Assembly: GCA_964347045.1 (NCBI GenBank)
Contig: CAYFXC010000008.1
Location: 73,768 to 127,456, forward strand
From: an uncultured archaeon
GTDB taxonomy: Archaea > Asgardarchaeota > Hermodarchaeia > Hermodarchaeales > Hermodarchaeaceae
Direction: 5' to 3'
Length of the DNA stretch: 53,689 nucleotides
Made by a program: the position numbers and the translations under genes. Shown here in pieces: positions 38,971 through 48,761 of this stretch; positions within the stretch are counted from its first letter, which is position 1; the number at the start of each line of letters is the position of its first letter. The notes below the pieces were generated by a model. The model was not told the origin of the DNA. It saw only the letters and a list, made by a program, of their open reading frames with translations, and searched no databases.

Positions 38971-39525
38971 ATGCCTGATTTTTTCAAAACATTCTCAACT
39001 CCCTTTGGAAAAATGAGTATTGTATGGCATGAGACCAAATCACAGCTTCTTGTGACCCACATCTTTTTTTCCCAATCCCAAAAAACGTCGGAGTTGAGAG
39101 CTAAGAGGGCATATCCCCATTCGGTCGTTGGAACCGCTCCACAAATCGAAAACCTAGTACTGACCCTGCAATCATACCTTCAGGGCAATGTTGTTGAGTT
39201 TGACCTAAGCCTACTAGAATGGTCACAGTGTTCTATAACTCAACAGCGAATATTACGCGCTGAAGCAAGAATTCCACGCGGCTGGATTAGTACATATAAC
39301 CGAATTGCCCAGCATTTAGGAATCGAAAATGGTGCTCGGGTTGTTGGAAATGCCTTAGCAAGGAATCCCTTTCCGCTAATTATTCCCTGCCATCGAGCCA
39401 TCAAGTCCGATGGCAGTTTGGGTGGCTACCAAGGAGGCCTTATTATGAAAAGAAGACTCCTTGAAAACGAAGGCGTGCAGTTTACAGCACGCGGAAAGGT
39501 TGTTATGAAGAACGTTTATTATTAG
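38971..39525 (+). CDS. ogt: O6-methylguanine-DNA methyltransferase
   Basis: ARVVGNALARNP, active site IPCHR, LGGYQGG. Confidence 0.93.
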   Translation: MPDFFKTFSTPFGKMSIVWHETKSQLLVTHIFFSQSQKTSELRAKRAYPHSVVGTAPQIENLVLTLQSYLQGNVVEFDLSLLEWSQCSITQQRILRAEARIPRGWISTYNRIAQHLGIENGARVVGNALARNPFPLIIPCHRAIKSDGSLGGYQGGLIMKRRLLENEGVQFTARGKVVMKNVYY

Positions 39526-39530
39526 GACCT

Positions 39531-39977
39531 ATGAAATTCTACGTCACCACGGTCGGATATATTCGGAAACCTGATGTTAGTTCTATTTTCATTGAAATTG
39601 CGCCTCAATACTGGGATGCAACGCTTAAGTTAGACAAGTTCTCTCACATCATCATCCTTTGGTGGATTACAGGGCATGATAACCCTACTAGTCGCGCCAA
39701 TTTACAAGATTATCCTCCACAAGAATCTGCGGAATTATCTGGGGTTTTCGCTAGTCGTTCTCCAGCCCGACCTACTCCCATTGGGCTATCTGTCGTTGCA
39801 ATCAAAAAAATTGTCAAAGAATCTCATCGAATCTATATCGATCAAATCGACGCCCATGATAATACTCCTATTATTGATATTAAGCCGTATATGCCATTTT
39901 CTGATAAAGTTGACAATTCCAAGGTTCCAAGTTGGTTTCGTGATAATGTTCCTCGATATACTAAGATGGCGGAATGA
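39531..39977 (+). CDS. TrmO/TsaA (UPF0066) tRNA methyltransferase-like protein
   Basis: FSHIIILWW, GVFASRSPARPTPIGLS, TPIIDIKPY. Confidence 0.9.
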   Translation: MKFYVTTVGYIRKPDVSSIFIEIAPQYWDATLKLDKFSHIIILWWITGHDNPTSRANLQDYPPQESAELSGVFASRSPARPTPIGLSVVAIKKIVKESHRIYIDQIDAHDNTPIIDIKPYMPFSDKVDNSKVPSWFRDNVPRYTKMAE

Positions 39978-39980
39978 CAA

Positions 39981-40706
39981 TTAGCTCTCTTTTATTGCTT
40001 GATGTATGGCAACGGTGCCGAACATCATTGGCTGGCACCCTACTTTTGTAAAGCCTATTTGAAGCAATTTGTCACGGAACTCATTTGCACTGTAAAACCG
40101 TTGGATCGAATTTGCTAAAAAGGCCGCCCCAGTTGCAGAACCAAAAAGTAACCGTCCTAATCGTTTGACAACTATTTTCACATACAGGTGGAACAGAATT
40201 CGAGTGAACACAAAGGATGGTTGACTAGTTTCCACGTTCACGAATCGTCCATGAACTGCTAAACTCTGGTGTATTTCGCTCAGACACCGATTTAGCAAAT
40301 CCGGAGTTAGATTTAGGTTGCGAGTGGCAAATGCAATGGTGATAAGATCAAACACGTGATTACGAAAAGGAAGATCACGTGTATCAGCTAGAACGAACGA
40401 AACGAGTTCAATGCTTCGTTTTGTGGTGGCGCGGCGTAGCATAGGAATTGAGAAATCGGTGGATACCAGTGCCCCTTTCTGAGGGTGCACGTGTTTTAAT
40501 GCGGCGGTCATTTCACCCGTTCCTGAGCAGACATCCATCCAACATGCTCCTCCCCCTTTTTCAGCGATTTTCGCTGTCTCTCTTCGCCATACGCCATCTA
40601 GTCCAAATGTCAAAAGGCGATTAACCCAATCGTATACCGATGCAATCTTTGAATAAATCCGTTGTAGCCCCTTTGCCATGATGAATCCGCCAACTGAACG
40701 CGTCAA
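39981..40706 (-). CDS. UbiE/MenG family quinone methyltransferase
   Basis: IASVYDWVNRLLTFGLD..WR, DVCSGTG, DFSIPML, IAFATRN; probable start ATG 40679. Confidence 0.85.
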   Translation of the reverse strand: MTRSVGGFIMAKGLQRIYSKIASVYDWVNRLLTFGLDGVWRRETAKIAEKGGGACWMDVCSGTGEMTAALKHVHPQKGALVSTDFSIPMLRRATTKRSIELVSFVLADTRDLPFRNHVFDLITIAFATRNLNLTPDLLNRCLSEIHQSLAVHGRFVNVETSQPSFVFTRILFHLYVKIVVKRLGRLLFGSATGAAFLANSIQRFYSANEFRDKLLQIGFTKVGCQPMMFGTVAIHQAIKES

Positions 40707-40796
40707 ATCTTAAAAACGCAAGCATTAGACTACACGAAGGAATTTGATAAGTGAAGATAGGAATACTGGATGAAAACCTAAAATTCATATCAAATA

Positions 40797-41456
40797 CTAA
40801 CTTGTTGGTTTTTCTACAAGAAGCGAAAAGTGGCTCATTGAGAAGACTTGCAATTGTAATATCACAAAGTGTTGGAAAAGCTCTTCTAATTCATCCTCTG
40901 TGAACAAATGGTGGGGAAGCCCCTTTTCACAGCCACTGCTTGGCACCCAAGTGTCTGGTTCGATTTCATTTCCATATTTTGATCCATGTCCCTCGGGAAC
41001 TGGAACTGTGACCCAAGCAAGCCCTTTCGGCTTTAATACACGATACATTTCTTCAACGGTTTTTCGAATAACAGTGATTCGATCATGATGAATGACTCGT
41101 ACACTGACTATAGCATCAAAGAACTCATCTTCATAAGGAAGCTGGCGAATATCAGAGAGCGAAGTATGACCAGTAAGTCCTTCTGCAGCAAGTTTCTGAA
41201 TTGTAGCGCTTAGACCTGACGGAGCAATATCTAGTCCAAACACATCAAACCCTTGTTTTGCCAAATAAACCGTGTGACGCCCACTGCCACACCCATGATC
41301 AAGAACGCGGAGTACTCCATGAGTTTTGAAACGTTTTGCTATACCTGGCATTTCATGATGAATTGATTGGTCAAGAAAGAAGCCCTTTTGATATTGTCGT
41401 TCCCATGCTAATCGAGCATCATGGAATTCATCGTCAAGATTGGGGAAATTGGCCAC
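40797..41456 (-). CDS. Class I SAM-dependent methyltransferase
   Basis: VLDHGCGSGRH, GLDIA, RVLKPKG. Confidence 0.9.
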   Translation of the reverse strand: MANFPNLDDEFHDARLAWERQYQKGFFLDQSIHHEMPGIAKRFKTHGVLRVLDHGCGSGRHTVYLAKQGFDVFGLDIAPSGLSATIQKLAAEGLTGHTSLSDIRQLPYEDEFFDAIVSVRVIHHDRITVIRKTVEEMYRVLKPKGLAWVTVPVPEGHGSKYGNEIEPDTWVPSSGCEKGLPHHLFTEDELEELFQHFVILQLQVFSMSHFSLLVEKPTS

Positions 41457-41467
41457 CCTCTTGCACT

Positions 41468-42058
41468 CTAAAAGGCTATAGCCTGTAAGCGAGCGGCTGT
41501 AGACAATTCTTGAATTCGTCCTCCAAGTTTCATTGTAATATAGGCAATTAGAACTACTTCACGAGAGGTAAACCGGTGGCGTTGTCCCTTGAAGATGGTA
41601 AAATCATGTTTTGCGGGAGCAAAGATAAAGGAATTAAACCGTTTTAATTGATCCACGAGATCTGCAGGAATTCCCAGCTTTTTGGGCGAGAGCCGTCGCA
41701 CATTACTACCTAATGATCGGGTTTTTGTTGCGGCATCATCTGTGAGTTCAAAGGTCCAGGCGCGTACCAACAGTTCGATATATTCTGCTAAATATCGAAT
41801 GGCATCTCTGGTAAACCGAGGTAAAGTCTTCAGAGCTTCTTGGGCATCAAGTAATGGATGCTTGGGAGGGGGTGCAACTAGGGCTTTGAGCCGCTGCATT
41901 GCCGCATCCTTCAGTTTCTTACTGCGAACCAGATAGACGGCAGTAGTCTCCGCTTCGATATATTCCTGTTCTGTAAGTACTTCTTGAGCCAGCGTCGTAA
42001 GATATGGGAGCGCCCATAAAACCTCAGCTTTTCGGCCCGTTTGACTCGGCGTTGCCAA
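41468..42058 (-). CDS. Hypothetical helical protein, possibly HEPN/DUF4145-like
   Basis: Helical pattern, RSLG, LKRFNSFIFAPAKH; GGAGG RBS upstream. Confidence 0.55.
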   Translation of the reverse strand: MATPSQTGRKAEVLWALPYLTTLAQEVLTEQEYIEAETTAVYLVRSKKLKDAAMQRLKALVAPPPKHPLLDAQEALKTLPRFTRDAIRYLAEYIELLVRAWTFELTDDAATKTRSLGSNVRRLSPKKLGIPADLVDQLKRFNSFIFAPAKHDFTIFKGQRHRFTSREVVLIAYITMKLGGRIQELSTAARLQAIAF

Positions 42059-42215
42059 TCATAAGTCCTCCTGTCAGAAGATATCACAAAGTAGTGTATT
42101 TTCTATTATTTGGGTCTTATCTACTGGTGTAATACTCCACCTAGATGCCTTCAAAATGAACTAAAGGGCTGGTTTAGCAGTTAAAAACACACATTTTTAC
42201 TATAACTCAGTTAGA

Positions 42216-43307
42216 GTGAAGAGTATGAGACAACCAGCGATATTTGACGCCTATCCGGATCTTCAAGAAAATATTCCTTGGATTTCCATTCTTTCAAAAC
42301 CAACTCCGACTCGACAATTGAACCAATTAGTGGAATCATTGAAGACAAAGGAGGAATTGTGGGTTAAACTAGACAATCTCACATCTGACAAATATGGGGG
42401 CAATAAGGTCCGTAAATTAGAATTTCTCATAGCAGAAGCCCTTCAACAAAAAAAGGTGCAAATTGCCACATTAGGTGGTTTGGGTACTAATCACGGATTA
42501 GCTACTACCATCCATGGACAAGCCAACAACCTAGGCACGCGGCTCTATCTCACGGACCAACCCATAACACCTCACGTGTTGAAGAATCTGAAACTTCTGT
42601 ATCATTTTGGTGCCGACATGATTTACTCCAAAACAAGAAGAATCGCCAACTTACGTTTTTATTTTCTTGATCGACTCCACCAACGGCAAACCTATTGGAT
42701 CCCACTAGGTGGTAGCTCAGCAGTCGGTGTTTTAGGGTATGTGAACGCAGTATTTGAACTGCAGAACCAGATTAGCGCCGGACTTCTCCCTGAACCGCGA
42801 ATCATTTTCATTCCTGTAGGTAGCCTTGGCACTATAGCTGGCATTGATTTAGGATTGCAACTCACAGGGTTATCAAGCCGCGTCAAAGGAATCTGTGTTG
42901 CCCCGCAGCTACCAAAGCCAGACCATATAAATCAACTCATCCATAACGCACTTACACTAATGCAAATTAGCAAGAGATTACAACAATTCACCTCCAAACC
43001 TCGTTACGAGCTAACTATAGCCCATGCAGGGAATGAATATGGCAAACCCACATCCGAAGGTACTATGGCAACACAACTTGCCCAACGCCTTGAAAACCTA
43101 ACACTTGACCCTACCTACACGGCTAAGACTTTAGCCGGTGCCATCAGAAATATCCGCCAGGGAGTAAAGGGACCCATCCTCTACTGGCATACATTCAACT
43201 CCGTGGATCTCTCACCAATCGCAAATCAGATTGAATATCAGGATCTACCCACACCATTTCACAAATTCTTCAAATCAAGTGATGCAAAGAAAGATTTGCG
43301 AGATTAA
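42216..43307 (+). CDS. D-cysteine desulfhydrase/ACC deaminase family PLP enzyme
   Basis: YGGNKVRKLEF (PLP Lys), TNHG, PLGGS, GSLGT, LDPTYTAK, YWHT. Confidence 0.9.
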   Translation: MKSMRQPAIFDAYPDLQENIPWISILSKPTPTRQLNQLVESLKTKEELWVKLDNLTSDKYGGNKVRKLEFLIAEALQQKKVQIATLGGLGTNHGLATTIHGQANNLGTRLYLTDQPITPHVLKNLKLLYHFGADMIYSKTRRIANLRFYFLDRLHQRQTYWIPLGGSSAVGVLGYVNAVFELQNQISAGLLPEPRIIFIPVGSLGTIAGIDLGLQLTGLSSRVKGICVAPQLPKPDHINQLIHNALTLMQISKRLQQFTSKPRYELTIAHAGNEYGKPTSEGTMATQLAQRLENLTLDPTYTAKTLAGAIRNIRQGVKGPILYWHTFNSVDLSPIANQIEYQDLPTPFHKFFKSSDAKKDLRD

Positions 43308-43344
43308 CGCCTTGATTGATGAACCAGATAATGGAAAACACCCA

Positions 43345-44457
43345 TTATACTTCAGATGCGCGTTCTCCGACAATGAGAATAAACGCTGTGATTAACCCAA
43401 GGAGTACCAAGGCTTCACCTATTTGTTGCCAGACCAACGCTGTGGGAACAGTTATTGAACCAATTAGAAGATATGTCAAACTGATAACCGAAAGCCCACT
43501 AATGAATGCAAGTAGGACCACAATGCTGAGTAGAACAAACAGGTAACGTCGGGCGCCTTGCCACCACCAACTACTGCCTAAAACACCTATCACAGGTGCA
43601 CGTCGGACAAACACAATAATCGCCCAGAGTCCGAGCATACTGACACCCAATAATACTCCACCAAATAACATGTACGCGTCAGGAGTCCATGGAATCCCAG
43701 GAAGCAACGCCCAGATAATCTGTATCCCAAATTGTCCTGCAATAAACCCTTCAAATAATAAGATCCAAACCGCAAAAGCAGCTGAAAAGTACGGCAAGAA
43801 GGCCAAAAAGTAAAATTTCCAATCTTTCTGGATTTTGATAAATGGAATCGGCCAAGTAACACCCTTCGCAGCAACACTGGTTACCTTAGTTGGTGTGAAT
43901 GGCTGTTGACCAGGAGTATCTGGTCCTGAAAAAGATGCAATTGTGAGCCGATAGGCTTTGTAGAGGAGAACAAACAAGGTTCCAAGGAAAAAGAGACCAA
44001 CAAGAATCAATCCCAGCATGTGCAAAATGAAGGGATTTTGAATAGAAAGCCCAATCCGAATGACTTCTAAAAGGAAGATGAAAGCACGGTGCATACATAT
44101 CCAGATGCCCATCCACGCCGTAAACACAAGGAGGAACCCCAGAATATATTGAAATCCACGAGGACTACGCTCCGGTGTTCCCAACGGAAGCAACCACACA
44201 AAATAGACAATATAAAGCACAATAACCCCTAATGATGCCAAGAAAATACCGATATCATGCAGCGCCGCCAAACCAAGTGGGTTCCCCTGTATAAACGGTA
44301 TCTGATAGAAATCCGGCGGTAGTATACCGGTTTCAAAAAACGCAACAAGAAACAGCCAGGCTCTGTGGATTACCCCAACCCCGAAAACGTACAGTAGAAA
44401 CCCAAGTAGCCCAAAAACGAAAAGCCCAATCCATTCATTCACAGATAGTGTCCTCAC
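43345..44457 (-). CDS. Hypothetical polytopic membrane protein (about 8 TM)
   Basis: 370-aa ORF with repeated hydrophobic helices. Confidence 0.75.
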   Translation of the reverse strand: MRTLSVNEWIGLFVFGLLGFLLYVFGVGVIHRAWLFLVAFFETGILPPDFYQIPFIQGNPLGLAALHDIGIFLASLGVIVLYIVYFVWLLPLGTPERSPRGFQYILGFLLVFTAWMGIWICMHRAFIFLLEVIRIGLSIQNPFILHMLGLILVGLFFLGTLFVLLYKAYRLTIASFSGPDTPGQQPFTPTKVTSVAAKGVTWPIPFIKIQKDWKFYFLAFLPYFSAAFAVWILLFEGFIAGQFGIQIIWALLPGIPWTPDAYMLFGGVLLGVSMLGLWAIIVFVRRAPVIGVLGSSWWWQGARRYLFVLLSIVVLLAFISGLSVISLTYLLIGSITVPTALVWQQIGEALVLLGLITAFILIVGERASEV

Positions 44458-44547
44458 TCAACCACCAACTCACATCAGCCCCTAGCTAAACCCAATCATA
44501 AAAATTTATGCCGTTAATTACTCGAACCACCATACAAGCGCGCGGTT

Positions 44548-45558
44548 TTACAGTTGAAACCAATGATGTTTCAGATACCACTGAACCGTTTCTTCTAAAC
44601 CGATTCGTGAATCAGGGTAAACGATCTGATAGCCTGTGCTTTTGAGCTTGGTATTGCTATACTGATAATCGTGAAACATCAAATCGATAGTCGCGCGTTC
44701 AAGTTTTGGTTCTGTGTGAGTGAAATTATGAGCCTTCCATTCAGCCCATGAAGCCACTGCGTTTAGAAGCCACCGAGGAAGAAGAGGAAACCGCGTATAG
44801 TAAATCTTGGTATTCAATAATGGTGCTACATACGAAAATAGATCGTATTTGCGATAGGAGGAATCATCGACTACATTATAGACTTGGCCTAACGCTTTAG
44901 AGATCGAAAGTAAGTGAAGTGCCGCACCAACCACATCCGTGACGTGAACTAGAGGAACCAACGTGTTTAGATTCTCAGAGATAATGGGGAGTTGACCGAG
45001 CGCTAGCATTCGAATGATTGTTCCGATTCCATACCGATTGCGAGGACCATAGATAGGCGCCGGGCGCAGAATGATATAATCTAATGTGCTATCGGAAGAA
45101 ATCCTTTGGACAGCTTGCTCCTGTTCTAATTTTGATTGTTCATAGTTATTTGAAGGACTCGTAGGAGCACGTTCACTGACAGGTAATGATTGAGGAACTC
45201 CATACACACCTGCTGTGCTAATGAGCACTAATTTCGAGACTCCAGCGGCGATGGCAGCGTGACAAAGATTCTGAGTTCCTTCAACATTAACTGCGTACAA
45301 ATCCTCCCAAGACGCTGAATAGCGAAACAAGGATGCAACATGTAAGATGACATCAACACCCTTAACCACGCGAGACAGCGTTTGGAAATCTCGTAAATCG
45401 CCAGGTAAAAATTCGGCTTTACGATTCAAGAACGAACGATCAGCTTCGGGTAAGTCCATGCCACGAACCGTATAATTGGGATTCAAGAGCAACTGGTCAA
45501 TGAAGTGACTTCCCACAAACCCACAAGCCCCCGTAACTAAGATCCGTTTTTTTGGCAC
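44548..45558 (-). CDS. NAD-dependent epimerase/dehydratase (extended SDR)
   Basis: VTGACGFVG, VNVEGT, ISTAGVYG, YEQSK, RPAPIYGP; GTG 45558 after GGAGGT. Confidence 0.9.
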   Translation of the reverse strand: MPKKRILVTGACGFVGSHFIDQLLLNPNYTVRGMDLPEADRSFLNRKAEFLPGDLRDFQTLSRVVKGVDVILHVASLFRYSASWEDLYAVNVEGTQNLCHAAIAAGVSKLVLISTAGVYGVPQSLPVSERAPTSPSNNYEQSKLEQEQAVQRISSDSTLDYIILRPAPIYGPRNRYGIGTIIRMLALGQLPIISENLNTLVPLVHVTDVVGAALHLLSISKALGQVYNVVDDSSYRKYDLFSYVAPLLNTKIYYTRFPLLPRWLLNAVASWAEWKAHNFTHTEPKLERATIDLMFHDYQYSNTKLKSTGYQIVYPDSRIGLEETVQWYLKHHWFQL

Positions 45559-45575
45559 TCCGCGACCTCCATGAA

Positions 45576-45980
45576 TCATAATAGCCCAACAATCCCTGTT
45601 TGTCCTTCGTGTCGACCAAACAGGAGGTATCCAAGAAATATACCACAATACAACCATAACGGATAGATTGCAAACAAGACTATAGCTACTGTATCAATGA
45701 GACCTGCTGTGTTCGTGTATTCGAAGCCAAAGACGCAACTATTGATCATGAAATCCCGTCCCGTCACCGCTCGACCCGTCCACAACCACATCCAATCAAA
45801 CCATCCCAAGTTCATATACATCGACCCCGCGGCCGCCCAAAAAAGTACCACTGTAAGCAGCCCTAGGACCTTCGTGGCATGAGGGGTCACTCGATATAGC
45901 CAGCGGTTCCGTAACCAGACAATAACCGCTCCACAAAAGAGCAATAATAACGGGTCCAGAAGGAAACTCATGGCTATCAA
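45576..45980 (-). CDS. Hypothetical membrane protein
   Basis: Three TM helices; directly upstream of the SDR gene on the same strand. Confidence 0.75.
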   Translation of the reverse strand: MIAMSFLLDPLLLLFCGAVIVWLRNRWLYRVTPHATKVLGLLTVVLFWAAAGSMYMNLGWFDWMWLWTGRAVTGRDFMINSCVFGFEYTNTAGLIDTVAIVLFAIYPLWLYCGIFLGYLLFGRHEGQTGIVGLL

Positions 45981-46013
45981 CTAGCGAACTATGTATTAAA
46001 AACCCTAAACACC

Positions 46014-46802
46014 TTATCCGGTTTGCTGAAAGAACCTTTTTACATTAACGCCAGCCGATTCGAGCCGACGAATTGTGGTTTTATACGGATCGCATCGTTC
46101 TTCTTCCAGCTGTTCCACCAGCTGCATATCCAAGTCAGCGAGTCGAGTAATGAGTAGCTCGCGTTCCTCTGCTGACATCAGCCGTGGATCCGTCATGGCT
46201 GCCACATGAAAGCGCGCCTTTGCCTTCAGGAGATGTTCAATGGCTTGAAATGGCAAATCAACTGCCTCACCAACGGCACCGGTTCGCGTCTGAAATCCTT
46301 TTGGTGTTGCGGCTTTCAGACTCAGCCGAACATGCACCTTCTTGAACTGTGCAATCCGTCGGGCGTAGTCGGCATCGTTACCAAGCAAAATGCCATTTGT
46401 TTCTAACATGAATGATGCAAACCTTGAGTCTTCTATGAGTGGCAACACCGCCAATAAATGTGCCTTACACAGCGTTGGCTCCGCTCCTGAAATCCGCGCC
46501 TTTCTAATATTCCTATCGCGTCCTGCCTCCGACAGGGCATTCACTAACGCTTTCGGTGTGTAAAACTGTCCACGACGCTCTGGATACTCACGTGAATCGT
46601 CGACCCAACAAAAAATACAGCGCAATGGACACCCCACCGCGTACGCGGTGGCTATCCCACCATAGACTCCTGCGACATATACATCCGTGTATTTCCGAGC
46701 ACAACCCTCATGGCGGCACACAATGCTTTGAGTTGCTTCCGCTAGCAGCGTCGGATCATATGGCACACTGGAAGGCGTTATCATCCGAGGATAGGATTCC
46801 AT
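46014..46802 (-). CDS. Short radical SAM protein
   Basis: YGGIATA..VGCPLRCIFCW, RISGAEPT, LETNG, VRLSLK. Confidence 0.88.
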   Translation of the reverse strand: MESYPRMITPSSVPYDPTLLAEATQSIVCRHEGCARKYTDVYVAGVYGGIATAYAVGCPLRCIFCWVDDSREYPERRGQFYTPKALVNALSEAGRDRNIRKARISGAEPTLCKAHLLAVLPLIEDSRFASFMLETNGILLGNDADYARRIAQFKKVHVRLSLKAATPKGFQTRTGAVGEAVDLPFQAIEHLLKAKARFHVAAMTDPRLMSAEERELLITRLADLDMQLVEQLEEERCDPYKTTIRRLESAGVNVKRFFQQTG

Positions 46803-46898
46803 TGTGAAGAAATACGATATCTAGTGAAAAAGTCTGTTGGAACCCATTGCACAACCAAAACCCAAACAATTAATAATGCTTAACACTGTTAAGACTCT

Positions 46899-47885
46899 TT
46901 GATGACTGTGTCAATCCCTAAAAACACCCTCAACCTCATTGGCAACACCCCAATGGTCCCAGTTCTCCACCTAAATCCTAACCCCAATGTCAAGATATTT
47001 TTGAAGCTGGAAAAATTCAATCCCGGAGGATCCGTTAAAGACCGAATTGCCAAATATATGATTGAGGATGCAGAACAGCGTGGGGTGCTCACCAAGGACA
47101 AAATTGTCCTCGAGCCCACCAGTGGTAATACTGGCATCGGATTAGCTCTTGTGTGTGCGGCCAAAGGCTTTCAACTGGTATTGGTGATGCCAGAGTCCAT
47201 GACTAAAGAACGTCGACAAATTCTCGCTGCCTATGGCGCGCACATGAATCTCACTCCAGCAGAAGTCGGGATGGATGGAGCCGAAGACGAAGCCCACAAA
47301 ATCGCGGAAGAAAACCCGGACAAATATTTCATGCCCGACCAATTTGCCAATGAAGCCAATGTCCAAGCCCATCGTGAAACCACCGCTGAAGAAATCTGGC
47401 GCGACACCAAAGGTGCAATTACCCATTTTGTGGCTGGAATGGGCACCAGTGGCACCATCATGGGTGTGGCCTCCACATTAAAACCCCGCAACAAAGACCT
47501 CCAATTCATAGGCGTCGCTCCTCACCCTGACACACCAATAGCTGGATTGAAAGACTTCACCACTCAGTACGTCCCCAAAATTTTTCAAAAATCATGGATT
47601 GATGATACGGTTCAAATCCGTCTCAACGAAGCCCAAGAGGCCGTACGCCTCCTCACCACCAAAGAATGCCTATTCGTTGGGCCCAGCTCAGGCGCTATCT
47701 TCCTCGCCGCCCAACGCCTTGCCCAAACCCTCAACTCCGGCACCATCGTCGCCATCATGCCCGACGGCGGCGAACGCTATCTTAGCACCGAACCGTGCAC
47801 CACCGACCAATGTTTAACCTGCGCACCACACCACGGAATCAAATGCAGCCTCACCCACACCAGCCCCTCCAACGCCCACAAATGA
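46899..47885 (+). CDS. Cysteine synthase (CysK/CysM family) with Cys-rich tail
   Basis: IGNTP, NPGGSVKDR, EPTSGNTG, GMGTSGT, GPSSGA, PDGGERYLST. Confidence 0.93.
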   Translation: MMTVSIPKNTLNLIGNTPMVPVLHLNPNPNVKIFLKLEKFNPGGSVKDRIAKYMIEDAEQRGVLTKDKIVLEPTSGNTGIGLALVCAAKGFQLVLVMPESMTKERRQILAAYGAHMNLTPAEVGMDGAEDEAHKIAEENPDKYFMPDQFANEANVQAHRETTAEEIWRDTKGAITHFVAGMGTSGTIMGVASTLKPRNKDLQFIGVAPHPDTPIAGLKDFTTQYVPKIFQKSWIDDTVQIRLNEAQEAVRLLTTKECLFVGPSSGAIFLAAQRLAQTLNSGTIVAIMPDGGERYLSTEPCTTDQCLTCAPHHGIKCSLTHTSPSNAHK

Positions 47886-47996
47886 TTTTTGAACTATACC
47901 CCCACTTTCCTTCTCTTTTCGCTGTCATCATCCAGAACACACATGCAACCCCCCCCAAATCAAGAAGAGGGAGCACGCTTCCAAAAAAAAGGATTT

Positions 47997-48761
47997 CTAA
48001 AGTCCGGGGATTTTAGTTCGATCGTAAACGTAGTCTAATATCCTAGAGATTACAGAGACCAATACCAGATATATCAGAGCAATAAGCAGATAGGCGGTTA
48101 AGGTTAGAAAAGTACGGGCAACAATAAAGTGTGCCGCAGCAAAGAGATCTTCAACTCCAATAAAGTAGGCAACAACAGTGTATTTTGGTAGATAGGCGGC
48201 TTCGTTGGACCATGAAGGTATGACTCGACGTAGGGATTGCGGTAAGACAATGGAGCGGATACCCCCAACCCGCGATAACCCTAGGGATTGTGCAGCTAAT
48301 AATTGTCCAGCACTCACAGAAGCGATTGCGCCTCGAAGGTACTCAGCCTGATATGCCGTACTGTTAAGTCCTAATATCAAATAGCAAGTAAAAATCCGAT
48401 GATTCAAAATGGTAACCAACTGGCCACCCGGACCAATTATTTGGATACCCCAATCTAAAGGGAGTGGAGGATACCCGAGCATTTCGAGCATCGCACTTAG
48501 ACTATAGGGAAAGAAGTAGAAGAGAAAAAGTTGAACAAGCAACGGGGTACCACGGATTACTTCAATGTAGGTAGTGCAAATTCTTGACAGGATTCGTCCG
48601 CCATATTGTCGACGAATAGCGAACACCAAACCAAGAAAGAAGCCCATTACTAATGCGGTAAAATATAACGTTAGGGTCGTCGCTAAACCTGAGATAATTT
48701 CAGTACTATAGGATAATACGGTAAGGAGGTCTTCAAGCCATCTAGGGAGGACTTGAATCAC
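47997..48761 (-). CDS. Polar amino acid ABC transporter permease
   Basis: IRGTPLLVQL, AYQAEYLRGAI, EAA-like loop GQLLAAQSLG. Confidence 0.92.
   Translation of the reverse strand: MIQVLPRWLEDLLTVLSYSTEIISGLATTLTLYFTALVMGFFLGLVFAIRRQYGGRILSRICTTYIEVIRGTPLLVQLFLFYFFPYSLSAMLEMLGYPPLPLDWGIQIIGPGGQLVTILNHRIFTCYLILGLNSTAYQAEYLRGAIASVSAGQLLAAQSLGLSRVGGIRSIVLPQSLRRVIPSWSNEAAYLPKYTVVAYFIGVEDLFAAAHFIVARTFLTLTAYLLIALIYLVLVSVISRILDYVYDRTKIPGL

Noticed and set aside
47607-47621. ACGG-TTCAAAT-CCGT, resembling a tRNA T-arm
   Set aside because: It lies inside the cysteine synthase reading frame, with no acceptor, D or anticodon arms around it.
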